Source: Candidatus Thorarchaeota archaeon
Lineage (GTDB): Archaea > Asgardarchaeota > Thorarchaeia > Thorarchaeales > Thorarchaeaceae
Direction of reading: 5' to 3'
NCBI GenBank assembly: GCA_046758445.1
Contig: JBHIAE010000026.1
Span: 1 to 39,429, forward strand
Length of the DNA: 39,429 nt
The position numbers were made by a program, and so were the translations under genes. A model generated the notes under the pieces. It did not search any database, had not been told where the DNA came from, and saw only the letters and a program-made list of their open reading frames with translations. Shown piece after piece: positions 1 to 10,100 of this stretch (positions are counted from its first letter, which is position 1; each line of letters opens with the position of its first letter).

Positions 1-10
1 GTCACGGCCT

Positions 11-1336
11 TCAAAACATCGCCACCCCCTTCTGTTTCGCTTGCTCGTAGGTCTTAATGATTGTAGGTAGAAAGTCTTCGGGACCTACATTCATGACTCC
101 AATCCCGAATCTTGCCAGAGCTCTTCCAATCTTCCTTCTTCGTTCCCAGAGCTCTTCAGAAACGGCCTCGGATAGAACCTTCTCAACGGGGCCGAATTGT
201 CCGACTGGTGCCTCGAACCACGGTCCAAACGGGCTTATCACCAGGGCCTTGTGACCGTTCGCTACGAGTGCCTTCATGGCATTTAGTAAGGGTGCAGGAC
301 TCTCTTCGAGGTCCGTCATCCATATGATCAGCGAACGCTTCCTTGTATGCTCTGTCACATATGAGATGGCAGTTTCATAGTCACTCCAGCCACCTGGTTC
401 AGCCATTGCTAGGGACTCTAGTACATTGAACATGTGGTATGGATGTGTTGATGGTTCAACGTAAGAGTGGACGACGTCGCTGAATACACAAGTGCCAACT
501 AGGTCCTTTCTTTCCAGACCCATGTGTGTCAGAAGAACCGCAGCACGGATTGCGTATTCCAGCTTGGTGTTCTCAGGGTAGCCATTCCCCATGCTACCAC
601 TGGTGTCCACCATACAGATGATCTGGACGTTCTTCTCCTGCTCAAACTGTTTGACGACCATGTCCCCTCGTTTGGCACTGGTCTTCCAGTCGATATATCT
701 GAACGCGTCGCCTGGGACATACTCTCTGAAGCCAGCAAAGTCGGTCCCCATTCCTACAATCTTCGTGCGGTGTGAACCGAACATCAGACCCAGCTGTCTC
801 TGTTTCCCGAGTGCCTCAAGACGTTTCACGTCTTTCCAAGTTGGCATGACGAGGACTTCAGTTTCGGCTTTCAGAGTCCTCTTGTAGTAGTGAAGGCCAA
901 GACGATCGCGCATGATGACCTCAGTCGGACCCAAGTAGTAGCGACCACGCATTCGACATTGAAGGATATAGGAGAAGGTTATGCTGCTTCCCGGCTCAAT
1001 TCGTGTGGCGATGAAATTCTCACCAACGGCCAAGACCCACGTTTCCGGATACTGATCATGCACCTCTATGAAGTCGAAGTGCCTTCGTGACGTGTTGCGA
1101 ATTGACACTCGAACGCGTAGGAAGTCGCCGGAGAATACCTTGACTTTGTCGATCTGCCGGTCTACTTCAATGCCGGCAATGTTCGCAGTCAATGCAAAGA
1201 GGGGTAGGGTGACAACTAGCCCTATCAACAAGTATACGCCGATTAGAGTGAGGTAGAAGTTTCCGCCAGAAGCAAATCCACTTGTTATGAAGAGGATTGC
1301 TGCGAAGACTACTATGAAGCCTCTTTGCGTAATCAC
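11..1336 (-). CDS. DUF58 / von Willebrand factor A (vWA) domain membrane protein, MoxR partner
   Basis: Two N-terminal hydrophobic helices; DUF58 signature FREYVPGDAFRYIDWKTSA; MIDAS motif DTSGS; directly downstream of MoxR; GTG start. Confidence 0.92.
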   Translation of the reverse strand: MITQRGFIVVFAAILFITSGFASGGNFYLTLIGVYLLIGLVVTLPLFALTANIAGIEVDRQIDKVKVFSGDFLRVRVSIRNTSRRHFDFIEVHDQYPETWVLAVGENFIATRIEPGSSITFSYILQCRMRGRYYLGPTEVIMRDRLGLHYYKRTLKAETEVLVMPTWKDVKRLEALGKQRQLGLMFGSHRTKIVGMGTDFAGFREYVPGDAFRYIDWKTSAKRGDMVVKQFEQEKNVQIICMVDTSGSMGNGYPENTKLEYAIRAAVLLTHMGLERKDLVGTCVFSDVVHSYVEPSTHPYHMFNVLESLAMAEPGGWSDYETAISYVTEHTRKRSLIIWMTDLEESPAPLLNAMKALVANGHKALVISPFGPWFEAPVGQFGPVEKVLSEAVSEELWERRRKIGRALARFGIGVMNVGPEDFLPTIIKTYEQAKQKGVAMF

Positions 1337-1374
1337 TTCAGATCTTCTCCGGGTTTGAGCAATATACGTTCATG

Positions 1375-2364
1375 TCATTTCGGAACGTCAACTTCACCTA
1401 GAATCTTCGAAACCACTCGCTCCACGGTCAGGCCTTCAAGCTCTGCCTCGGGTTTGAGGATGAGCCTGTGATTGAGAGCCTGGACTGTCAGCTTCCTGAC
1501 GTCTTCAGGAACTACATAATCGCGTCCATCCATGGCTGCCCTAGACTTTGATGCGTTCATTAGTACCAGCGACGCGCGGGGAGAGCCACCAAGCAGAACC
1601 TGTGGATCGTTTCGTGTGCGGACGACAATATCCCTGATGTAGTTGATAATATCCTCCTCGATAAACACGGTCCTGCATGCCATTTGCATCCTGACCATAG
1701 CTGCAGGATCTGCAAGCACACTCAGGTCTGTCACCTCTCCAAGGTGTTTCCTGCGGATGACTTCCGCCTCTTCAGAGTCTGTAGGATAGTCTAGCAGAAG
1801 GCGGAACATGAACCTGTCAAGCTGAGCCTCAGGTAGAGGATAGGTTCCCTCTTGTTCCACCGGGTTCTGAGTTGCTATGATTAGGAATGGCATCGGGAGC
1901 TTTCTTGTGACCCCCTCAATTGAGACCTGCCGCTCTTCCATCACTTCAAGCAGTGCGCTCTGCGACTTGGGTGGACAGCGGTTGATCTCGTCTGCCAGAA
2001 CCAGGTTAGCAAAGACCGGTCCCTTACGGAACCAGAACTCTCCGGTACGCTGGTTGAACACGTTGCTGCCCAGCAGGTCTGCAGGCAGAGTGTCAACGGT
2101 CAGCTGTATTCGCTTGAACGCGCACCCCAATATTGAGGCGAACGTTCGAGCCATGTATGTCTTCGCCAGGCCCGGCACTCCTTCGAGCACGACGTGGCCG
2201 TCTGAGAGAAACGCTGTAAGTATATCCCTTAGTATGTGGACCTGGCCCACAACACGTCGTGCGCACTCGTTAAGAATCGTCGAAGTGACTTCTTTCACTT
2301 CATCGATGCTCATCGGTTGGAGTGCATCGGCCGACGGGGTTTCGGTTGTTTCTTCTGTTGTCAT
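1375..2364 (-). CDS. moxR: MoxR family AAA+ ATPase
   Basis: Walker A EGVPGLAKT, Walker B LADEINR, MoxR signature ATQNPVEQEGTYPLPEAQLDRF, GGSPRA. Confidence 0.97.
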   Translation of the reverse strand: MTTEETTETPSADALQPMSIDEVKEVTSTILNECARRVVGQVHILRDILTAFLSDGHVVLEGVPGLAKTYMARTFASILGCAFKRIQLTVDTLPADLLGSNVFNQRTGEFWFRKGPVFANLVLADEINRCPPKSQSALLEVMEERQVSIEGVTRKLPMPFLIIATQNPVEQEGTYPLPEAQLDRFMFRLLLDYPTDSEEAEVIRRKHLGEVTDLSVLADPAAMVRMQMACRTVFIEEDIINYIRDIVVRTRNDPQVLLGGSPRASLVLMNASKSRAAMDGRDYVVPEDVRKLTVQALNHRLILKPEAELEGLTVERVVSKILGEVDVPK

Positions 2365-2383
2365 TTTACTTCTACCTCATATT

Positions 2384-3736
2384 TCATTTCATTTCTATCA
2401 ACTGTGACTGGATGTTCCTCATCCAGAAGAATAGATTCATCATTTCAGCTTCTTTGATCTTGATGTCGGGTTTCGAGGAGATCTCCTCGATGCGTGCTAT
2501 GGTCTTGAAGAAGTCATCTTCCTTCAGGCTGGAGTCCTTGTAGCGGATGAGGTCCCACATCTTCCTCGCATCGTACTCTGTCCACTGGTGTTTCTTGGCC
2601 AGGTCTCTTCTCAACCGTCGGTAGAGCATCTTCACAACCCGGCCATAGTTGCCTTCTGTTCGATAGTATGACATACGTTCACCAAAGTAGGTCTGACCTC
2701 TTCGCAGGAAGACTTCGGACACACTCTTCACCTGAGGCTTCTTGGCATCGGGTAGATACTTGCGTATGCCAAGAATAGTCACTAAGGGGAACAAGGGTGC
2801 CAAGTATGGGAGAGTCGAAAGCCAAAGAGCTCTCCCTAGGTATAGTCCAAAGAAGAACTCGGGTGAGTTCCACGGTACTTCTAAGAGGCTCTCGCAGAAG
2901 ATCACGGTGCTGTGGTTTGTTCCTGTCAACCAGTCTATTATGTTCAGTCCAAATCGTAGGTTGCTTCCGAGGCCTATCATGTCATTCTTGAACATACTGG
3001 GGTCGCTCAGGGCTACAAGTCTCCCAATGCCAAGATCGATGGCACTGGCAACTGGTAGGCGTCCGGCCAGCTCGGTAGCGTTGGGCCATGGATTCGGATC
3101 GTCTATGTCGCTCTCACACCAAGCCCGTGTCGTTGTCCATGCAACGCCCTGCAATCCGGCAAGGCTCGTCGGATGTATAGCCGATGCGTAGTTCAGGTAT
3201 AACTCACTCACACCTTGCGTGATGTCGTGACTTGTGAAGTCTCGGACTATGGGCAGACGCGGGTTCTTGTCATAGGAGTCGAGGTCATAGAGCACTCCAC
3301 CCGCAAAGTTCAGAATCCCAGAGACATTCATTGGTAGCTGGACCATCTGCTGAAGATAGGTGTTCAGAAAGAAGAATGAGTTGTTTGCAGTGCCGAAGTC
3401 ATCTGCAATCACTACTCCTCCACCGGCTAACAGGTGTTGGAAAATGACAAGTATCACGTCAACGCTGAAGTCCACGACCGGACCCATAATCACAAGTGTG
3501 GCATTTCCACCGTATCTGCTTAGTGTGCCCATTGAGGACTGAATAGAATACACCTCGTAACCAGCGCTTTCAATTGCATCTCGAAAATCGCTTGTGCCGT
3601 TCACGCCTCTGTTGTATATGCTAAAGTCTTGAGCATACACCTCTTCTACTCCGAGTACTGACATGCCAGCCAGCATTCCCACTGGTACCCATGCGAGAAT
3701 GAATAGCAGCACTTGCACGTACTCTTTCCAGCCCAT
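2384..3736 (-). CDS. DUF4350-type membrane protein (N-terminal TM/signal, extracellular domain, second TM, cytoplasmic helical tail)
   Basis: FSIYNRGVNGTSDF and LSDPSMFKNDMI motifs typical of archaeal DUF4350 proteins; hydrophobic N-terminus and a second hydrophobic stretch (LPYLAPLFPLVTILGI); MoxR operon context. Confidence 0.8.
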   Translation of the reverse strand: MGWKEYVQVLLFILAWVPVGMLAGMSVLGVEEVYAQDFSIYNRGVNGTSDFRDAIESAGYEVYSIQSSMGTLSRYGGNATLVIMGPVVDFSVDVILVIFQHLLAGGGVVIADDFGTANNSFFFLNTYLQQMVQLPMNVSGILNFAGGVLYDLDSYDKNPRLPIVRDFTSHDITQGVSELYLNYASAIHPTSLAGLQGVAWTTTRAWCESDIDDPNPWPNATELAGRLPVASAIDLGIGRLVALSDPSMFKNDMIGLGSNLRFGLNIIDWLTGTNHSTVIFCESLLEVPWNSPEFFFGLYLGRALWLSTLPYLAPLFPLVTILGIRKYLPDAKKPQVKSVSEVFLRRGQTYFGERMSYYRTEGNYGRVVKMLYRRLRRDLAKKHQWTEYDARKMWDLIRYKDSSLKEDDFFKTIARIEEISSKPDIKIKEAEMMNLFFWMRNIQSQLIEMK

Positions 3737-3750
3737 TATTCACACCCTTT

Positions 3751-4143
3751 CTATTCTGGCATTGCTCTTCCTTCGATTCTTGGATACAGGTCGCTGAAGG
3801 TCTTGATAGCAAGCTCGTAACGTTCACGCGTTATGACATGATTTGAGAATCTTGCCTCCTCATAGGTGGAAACGAAGTCCTCGACGGTAACACCATCGAG
3901 AGGAATCACCTTGAGCACGCGTTCAAGAAACTCTCTAGCAGTTTCAGAGTGGGAACGTTCAGAACCAGTCTTCACACCACACATCTGCTCGAAAGTACGA
4001 TATGCCAGTGTGATTGCGGCACCGTACTTTCCAGCATCTGCCAGCTTCTTGGTATTTCTCAGTTTGGCGGGTACATCAATCCCGGTCCTCGTCGGCTTGC
4101 TGCTACCTCGGAAGACTCGTGATATGGATTCTCTAAAGCCCAT
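3751..4143 (-). CDS. Stand-alone DUF4129 domain protein
   Basis: SETAREF and YEEARFSNH motifs; near-copy of the C-terminal domain of the upstream giant protein; SD-like GGTGA before the ATG. Confidence 0.85.
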   Translation of the reverse strand: MGFRESISRVFRGSSKPTRTGIDVPAKLRNTKKLADAGKYGAAITLAYRTFEQMCGVKTGSERSHSETAREFLERVLKVIPLDGVTVEDFVSTYEEARFSNHVITRERYELAIKTFSDLYPRIEGRAMPE

Positions 4144-4149
4144 AGTATA

Positions 4150-7100
4150 TCACCTTGGTTCAGTTATTGACACCGCTTCAATCTGCGGATAGAGATCAGT
4201 AAACACACGCATGGTGTCTTCATAGCGATCACGAGTCAGTTCGTGATCCGAAAAGCGTGCTTCTTCATAAGCCTGTAGCAGCTGGATAACAGAGAAGTCG
4301 TCCAGCGAAACCTCCTTCAAGACACGGTCTACGTAGTCCCGTGCGGTCTCAGAGTAGAGTCGCGTTACACCGGTATTCGTGCCGCATGTGTCCTCGAAGG
4401 TTCGGTATGTGAGTGAGATTGCTGCACTGTACTTGCCTTGGTCCGCCAGCTTCTTGATACGTCTCATCTTTCTGGCAAGGTCACTCGCCGGTGAAGAGAT
4501 CAGTCCTCTACCAAATCCTCTGACGAAGTAGAGATAGAGGAACACAACAACCACTGCAACAGAAATGGCTCCAAGGGGGAGCAGGAGGTCCAACAGACCC
4601 GGGAGTCCAGGCCCAGGGGGCACTATATCGATGGTAATCAGCTGTGAGTCCCTGTCCGTGACTTCAGCTGAAAGCAGAGTCGCAGAAACCGTGAAAGCTC
4701 CGACGGGGTCGACTCTATAGAGTAGAGTGACAGCACCATTGGAATCGGTCGTACGTGGGACTATTGTTACTTGATTGAGGTTGAGTGTGACATCGCGATA
4801 TCTAATCGGTGTGCCTAGTTCGTCCGTTAAGATTACCGAGATTGTGAAATCGGTCCCGTTGATGACTGTTTGCGGAGTTGCACCGAAGTCGAAGTTAACA
4901 TTGGCGATGAAGTGCACCATGTCTGTTGACTGACCGGTTGAATTCAAGACGTACTGGCCAGCATCTCCACCGTATACTACAGAAACTGGGTAGACACTAC
5001 TCTCAGTCCAATCAGATGGAATCGTGACTTGGAATGTGTCGCCAGAATCTGGGACTGTTACGTCGGCGAGATGATCTGTGCCAAGATATATGCTCACGTC
5101 TGCATCTAAGACTGGATTCGTGTCTACGTCTTGGACTAGTATGCTTACAGTAATGTTCTCACCTGGCAAGACCTCATATGGCTGTGGAATGCCGACTGAT
5201 ACGATCGTGTCCACAAACACATCAACAAGCCAGAAATCTGATGGTCCAATTGAGTCGAAATAGCTGCTGGGATCAACTTGCAGACTGATGTTGTGGGTGC
5301 CCTTGGTTGCTGTTGCGGGCACTTGAATAGTCATAGTGAACGTTCCATCAGATTCAGTGATTATGGAACCAAGGGAAACATTGCCATCAGCAAGTATCTG
5401 AATCGGAACAAACGCAACTCGTCTCCCTCCATCGGTTCCAGATCCCGAGATTATCAGGTCGGACCCTCGTTCTACTGTCCATTGCGACTGTGCATCTAGA
5501 AGAAGCAAGACCTGGTCTCGTACCTCAATTGCCTCACGTACCGTGGAGGCAGTTTCGAAAGCCAAGTTCGGACGATTGAAGGCGACATAGTACTGGCTCA
5601 TTCCTACAGGATGTTCCCACGAGATAGGGTGTACGTATGCGTACGACCCTGAAACTGCATCAGTGATTGTGATGGTCTGGACAACCCAGTCTGTGCCATT
5701 GACCCAGTGAATGTCGACCTGGTACCCAGCCATTCCAGAGCCGTTGGTGAATCTTAGATTTCCACTGATTGTCACAGAGTTGCCACGGTACACAACATAG
5801 GTGTCCGCGGTTGCAGTGAGATCTACGGGATATCTTAGAATGTCAACAATCAGGGGAGGTGTTGTGTAGTCTGCCACCCAGTTCCATGGTGAAACGAAAC
5901 TGGCACTGATGGCGTGTTGGCCCGGAACAGTGGTTTCTGGGATTGGCCAATTGAATGTGAATGAGCCATCTGAGGCTGTGATAGCGGGTCCAACAGGGTT
6001 TCTGTCAACTAGAATCTGAACTGTGGTTCCGCCAATAGGTTCAGGGACAATAACGTAGGTCAGAGTGCCGCTTATTGGAATGGTCTGCAGAATATTGTAA
6101 GGAGACACCCCAGCGTCGAAACCGCTGATTACGGTCTGCCACTGCAATAGTGTGAGGGTCGGATGGGGGAGAGTTTCCCCTTCTTCAATGAACGGCGTTC
6201 CAGCGAAATAGGCGTAGACCTCAATGCCACTCCGGACCGAGTCCTCGTCCATCTCAGAGTAGACATAGCTTACCCAGCCAGTTCCATCAGTGACTAAGGG
6301 GATGTCGTCCAATCTGTGGGTAGTTCCATTGAACCAGTATAGTACGATTGTTGCTCCCGCTATGCCAGATCCATTATGCGCGAAGTACAGATGAGCTTGA
6401 ACTGTCAGCGTTTCGTTCTGGTATACTGGATTAGGCAAGAGGAGAACGTCTAGCATGACCGGATATCTCTCTGCTATCACTTCAATGGGTGGAGTTGTAG
6501 CATCGTTGTTGTAAGGACTCGTGCTAGTGTAATTGCACTTGAAATAGTAGCTTCCCTCGGTGTCAGGGGGAACCGTGAAGTAGTGTGTGTAAGTGAAGAA
6601 GCCTGTGTCGTTGGTGAGTGGGCTGGCAACAAGAGCCCACGGGCCACCCATGTTCCGAGAAATGAATATGTCAACATTCTCTCCTACAAGCGGAGGAAAG
6701 CCTCCCAGGTACGTCAGTGTGCCCTGAATGAGTAGTCCTTGGTCAATGTAGATAGTGGGCGGTATTACGGCATTGAGTTCAAGGTCGTACAGGATGATTG
6801 TTGAGCCCTGGGTTACAGAAATCGCATCACTCCAGAGTGGATCTGAACTGGTGTACTCACTCCAGATCCAGATACCACCAAGAGCATCGGTTAGCGAGAA
6901 GTTGTACTGGAAGCTGAAGCTGCCGGTGGCATCTGTCACTTTCGTATAAGGATAGGTGCCTGTACTGTTTGAGTACCACACTGTGATTGTGGCTCCGGGG
7001 ATAGGATTCCCATTGTGGACAAATGTCAGCGTTCCGGTATAGTAGAGGACTTCATCCAGATGGTACGTACCGTTGATTGCGTTGACCGAGATGTCCGTCT

Positions 7101-10100
7101 GATACAATTGAGTCCAGAGTGATGGCACGAGCATTCCTGAAGCCCCAGACACAGAATGATCCACAGTGACAGTTATGGTCCCCTCTCCGTCGCCAGGAGA
7201 GAGAGGATAGAATAGCTCGTAGTGACCAGTGAAGTTTGTGGTATCGGGGAACGTCAGAGTATCCGTGCTGTTCGACCAGTATATGGTTACGTCCCCTCCA
7301 GAGAGTGGGAATCCCCCAAACAGCACCTGCCCGTAGATATGTACGGTTTCATTGAGATAGAAGACCGAACCGTTTGAGCTCACGGTAACAAGTGTGGTTG
7401 GTGCCTCAACGATTGGATAGAGATGTGGCGACTCAGCATCGTTGACGTTTGGGTATGGAGAGATGAATGATGCATAAAGGGTCACATTGCCCTCCTCGTG
7501 ATTCAGGGGCACTTGGTGATAGTAGACATATCCTCCAGTCGAGTTGGTAACGACAGATGTGAGATTGTGTAGGCCGTCTGTGGCATTGTACCACCAAATC
7601 GTCAATCGGGCACCCTCGAAAGGCCACGGAATCTCAGGAAACGTCACGACTCCCTGAATCGTCATAGTACCAAGTTGGTACACAGGGTCAGGGTCGGCAA
7701 AGATGCTTATGTCGACATCCCACTTCTTGACCTCAATCGTCAATATCGGTGACTGAGTGTCATCGTAGTACGTGTCGGGAGAAGTGAAGGTCACCCAATA
7801 GTCGACGAATCCCTCATACCCAGAGGGTACTGTGTACGTATACTCATAGTATCCTCCCGCGACTGTGGTGTTTGACCCGATACTAACAACGGAAGTCCCG
7901 TCATCCCACCAGAAGTCTACCGTCTTGCCGACTAGGCCAGTACCATTCACGCCATCCAGAAGGTTGCCATATATCGTGATGTTCTGGAGGATGTGAACCG
8001 CCATTGGATCCCTTGGCCAGGAGTCAACATTGCTCAAGTCAGTAGGTCGACGACGAATCTCAACTGGTATGAGATCTGAACTATCAGAAACACCAGCGAT
8101 TGTTGAGGTCCAATTGACGTAGGCATTCGCCCATCCGAGTGTCTGGTCGATGGCAATGGGATAGTCGTACTGGAAGAAGCCTGAAACATTGGTCACACGC
8201 GTTGTTAGATAGGTTCCATTGAAGTATATGTCAACGCTCTCGAACGCTAGTATCGTGCCGTTAAACAATTGGAGTGTGCCTTCGTAGTGAAGAGTTGCGC
8301 CTCTCCACGCCGGGTTAGGTGTGACCAACAGATTGGAGGTCGCTAGTCCGTACATTGTTACTGTCGATCTGTTGCTGGACACAGGGAGATAGATTGGAAG
8401 TCCGGTGACTGTATCATTCTCTCCTGCGTAGTACGCCCACAAGTCGTGAACACCAGGAGTCATCAGACTCATCAGGGTGGCATTGGTTCCATCAATGTAA
8501 AGAGGGAACAGGTAGCTTCCATCAGATTGGATTCTTGCCGAGCCAAGCTGAACACCGTCCCATATGGTTTGCATCCAGGGATTGTTGAGAGTTGTTCCAT
8601 CTACTGGTTGACCCCATTCATCAGTCATGATTCCTCGAATGTTGAGTGTATCATTCCAGTGTGCAGTATAGTTGTCGAGTGCCAGTTTAATGTCGATGTC
8701 AATTGTTTCACTTAGGAAGAATGTCTTCTCTGGCTCTGACGAAGCCACCATTGGAATGGGAGTCGAGGTGGCAGAAACGATAGTCCAATTGCTGACTGAG
8801 AACCCAGCTGAAACGTACGTCACAGAGATGTTATGCGGACCGATAGTAGAGCTCACTGGAAACTGATAGGGAAGAGTCGCCAGTGGAGGTGCTCCTGGTT
8901 GAATCTGTGCCGAGCCCATGGCTACAGAGTCAGTGTTATCGTAGAAGAAGATAGTTTCAGGGGTGGAAACTGGAACATAGTCCACCATCAGAAGGGCGTA
9001 GAACGAGAAGTTGGTACCTATCGGCACCCATGGCGGAGACACACTAGGCCACACCCAAAGCTCTGCGTTGCCAGATCCAGTATTCGCAGGATCCTGTCCA
9101 CCACCCATGCTGCCGGGGAGAGGAATGGGGAGGACTTGGATCCATTCACCGCCATCAGGGTGACCAGTCATGGGAACGAAGACTTCAGCCCAGAACATCA
9201 TGTGGCGGACCTTGATCTCTCGATAGCCTCCCATGGCGTCTCCAACAGCGTAGCCTAGAGCCATTCGCGCTGGGATATTCAGGTACCTAAGGAAGACACA
9301 GTAGGCGGTCGCAAAGTCCATTGGTAATCCACCGCCACGTTCCAGAAACCAATCAGTGACCTCTTGGCCTGCTGGGGGCCGGTCATTGTAGTTGTCAAGA
9401 ATCAGCTCGAATATGCCGCTCCGGAAATAGCTGTCAACTGCCACAGCCGTCTGATAGGCGTTGCCTGAGGCAAGGAACTGAGATGCATTGTCAATCACCC
9501 TCTGGGTCAACGTTACACCAGGCAGTGTAGAGTACATGCTGCTGACTGCCGGTGGAGCCTGATCACCGTTCAGGGCCCTATTTGCCACATCTAGGAGATC
9601 TTGGTCCTCATACGAAACCAAGTAGCTGAGAAGAAGGCTCTCTCCGGCCGGAACGTTCACAAAGAAAGGATTCTGAAGGGCTGTGCCATAATCATCCGTG
9701 TAGAGTTCGTAGCTCTGTAGTCTACTCGAAGTGTCAGGCTGATAGGCGCCTCCAACCAGAGTCCCTGTTTCAAAGGAATTCTGTATGATCATGACCTCAG
9801 GAAACAATGCTGGTAGCTCAATGCTTCCTCCACTCTGTCCAGGAGTGACATTCAGATAGACTCTGTATATCTGATTAGTAGTAGCACTCGGATCGATCTC
9901 TGCAAGTGGTACTTGAGTGAGGGAGGTCTTTGACCATCCCGAACCATCGTAGCTATCGTAGGCTGTACTACGCCACAGTTGTGGAGGGTCTTCTGGAGCG
10001 ACGTAGAACAATGTATTCTCCATTTGGCCTAGGAGATCGTCAGGAAATGGCAAGTCCATGGGGACGTCGGTATAGTTGATATTCTCAAACCAGTTGGACC

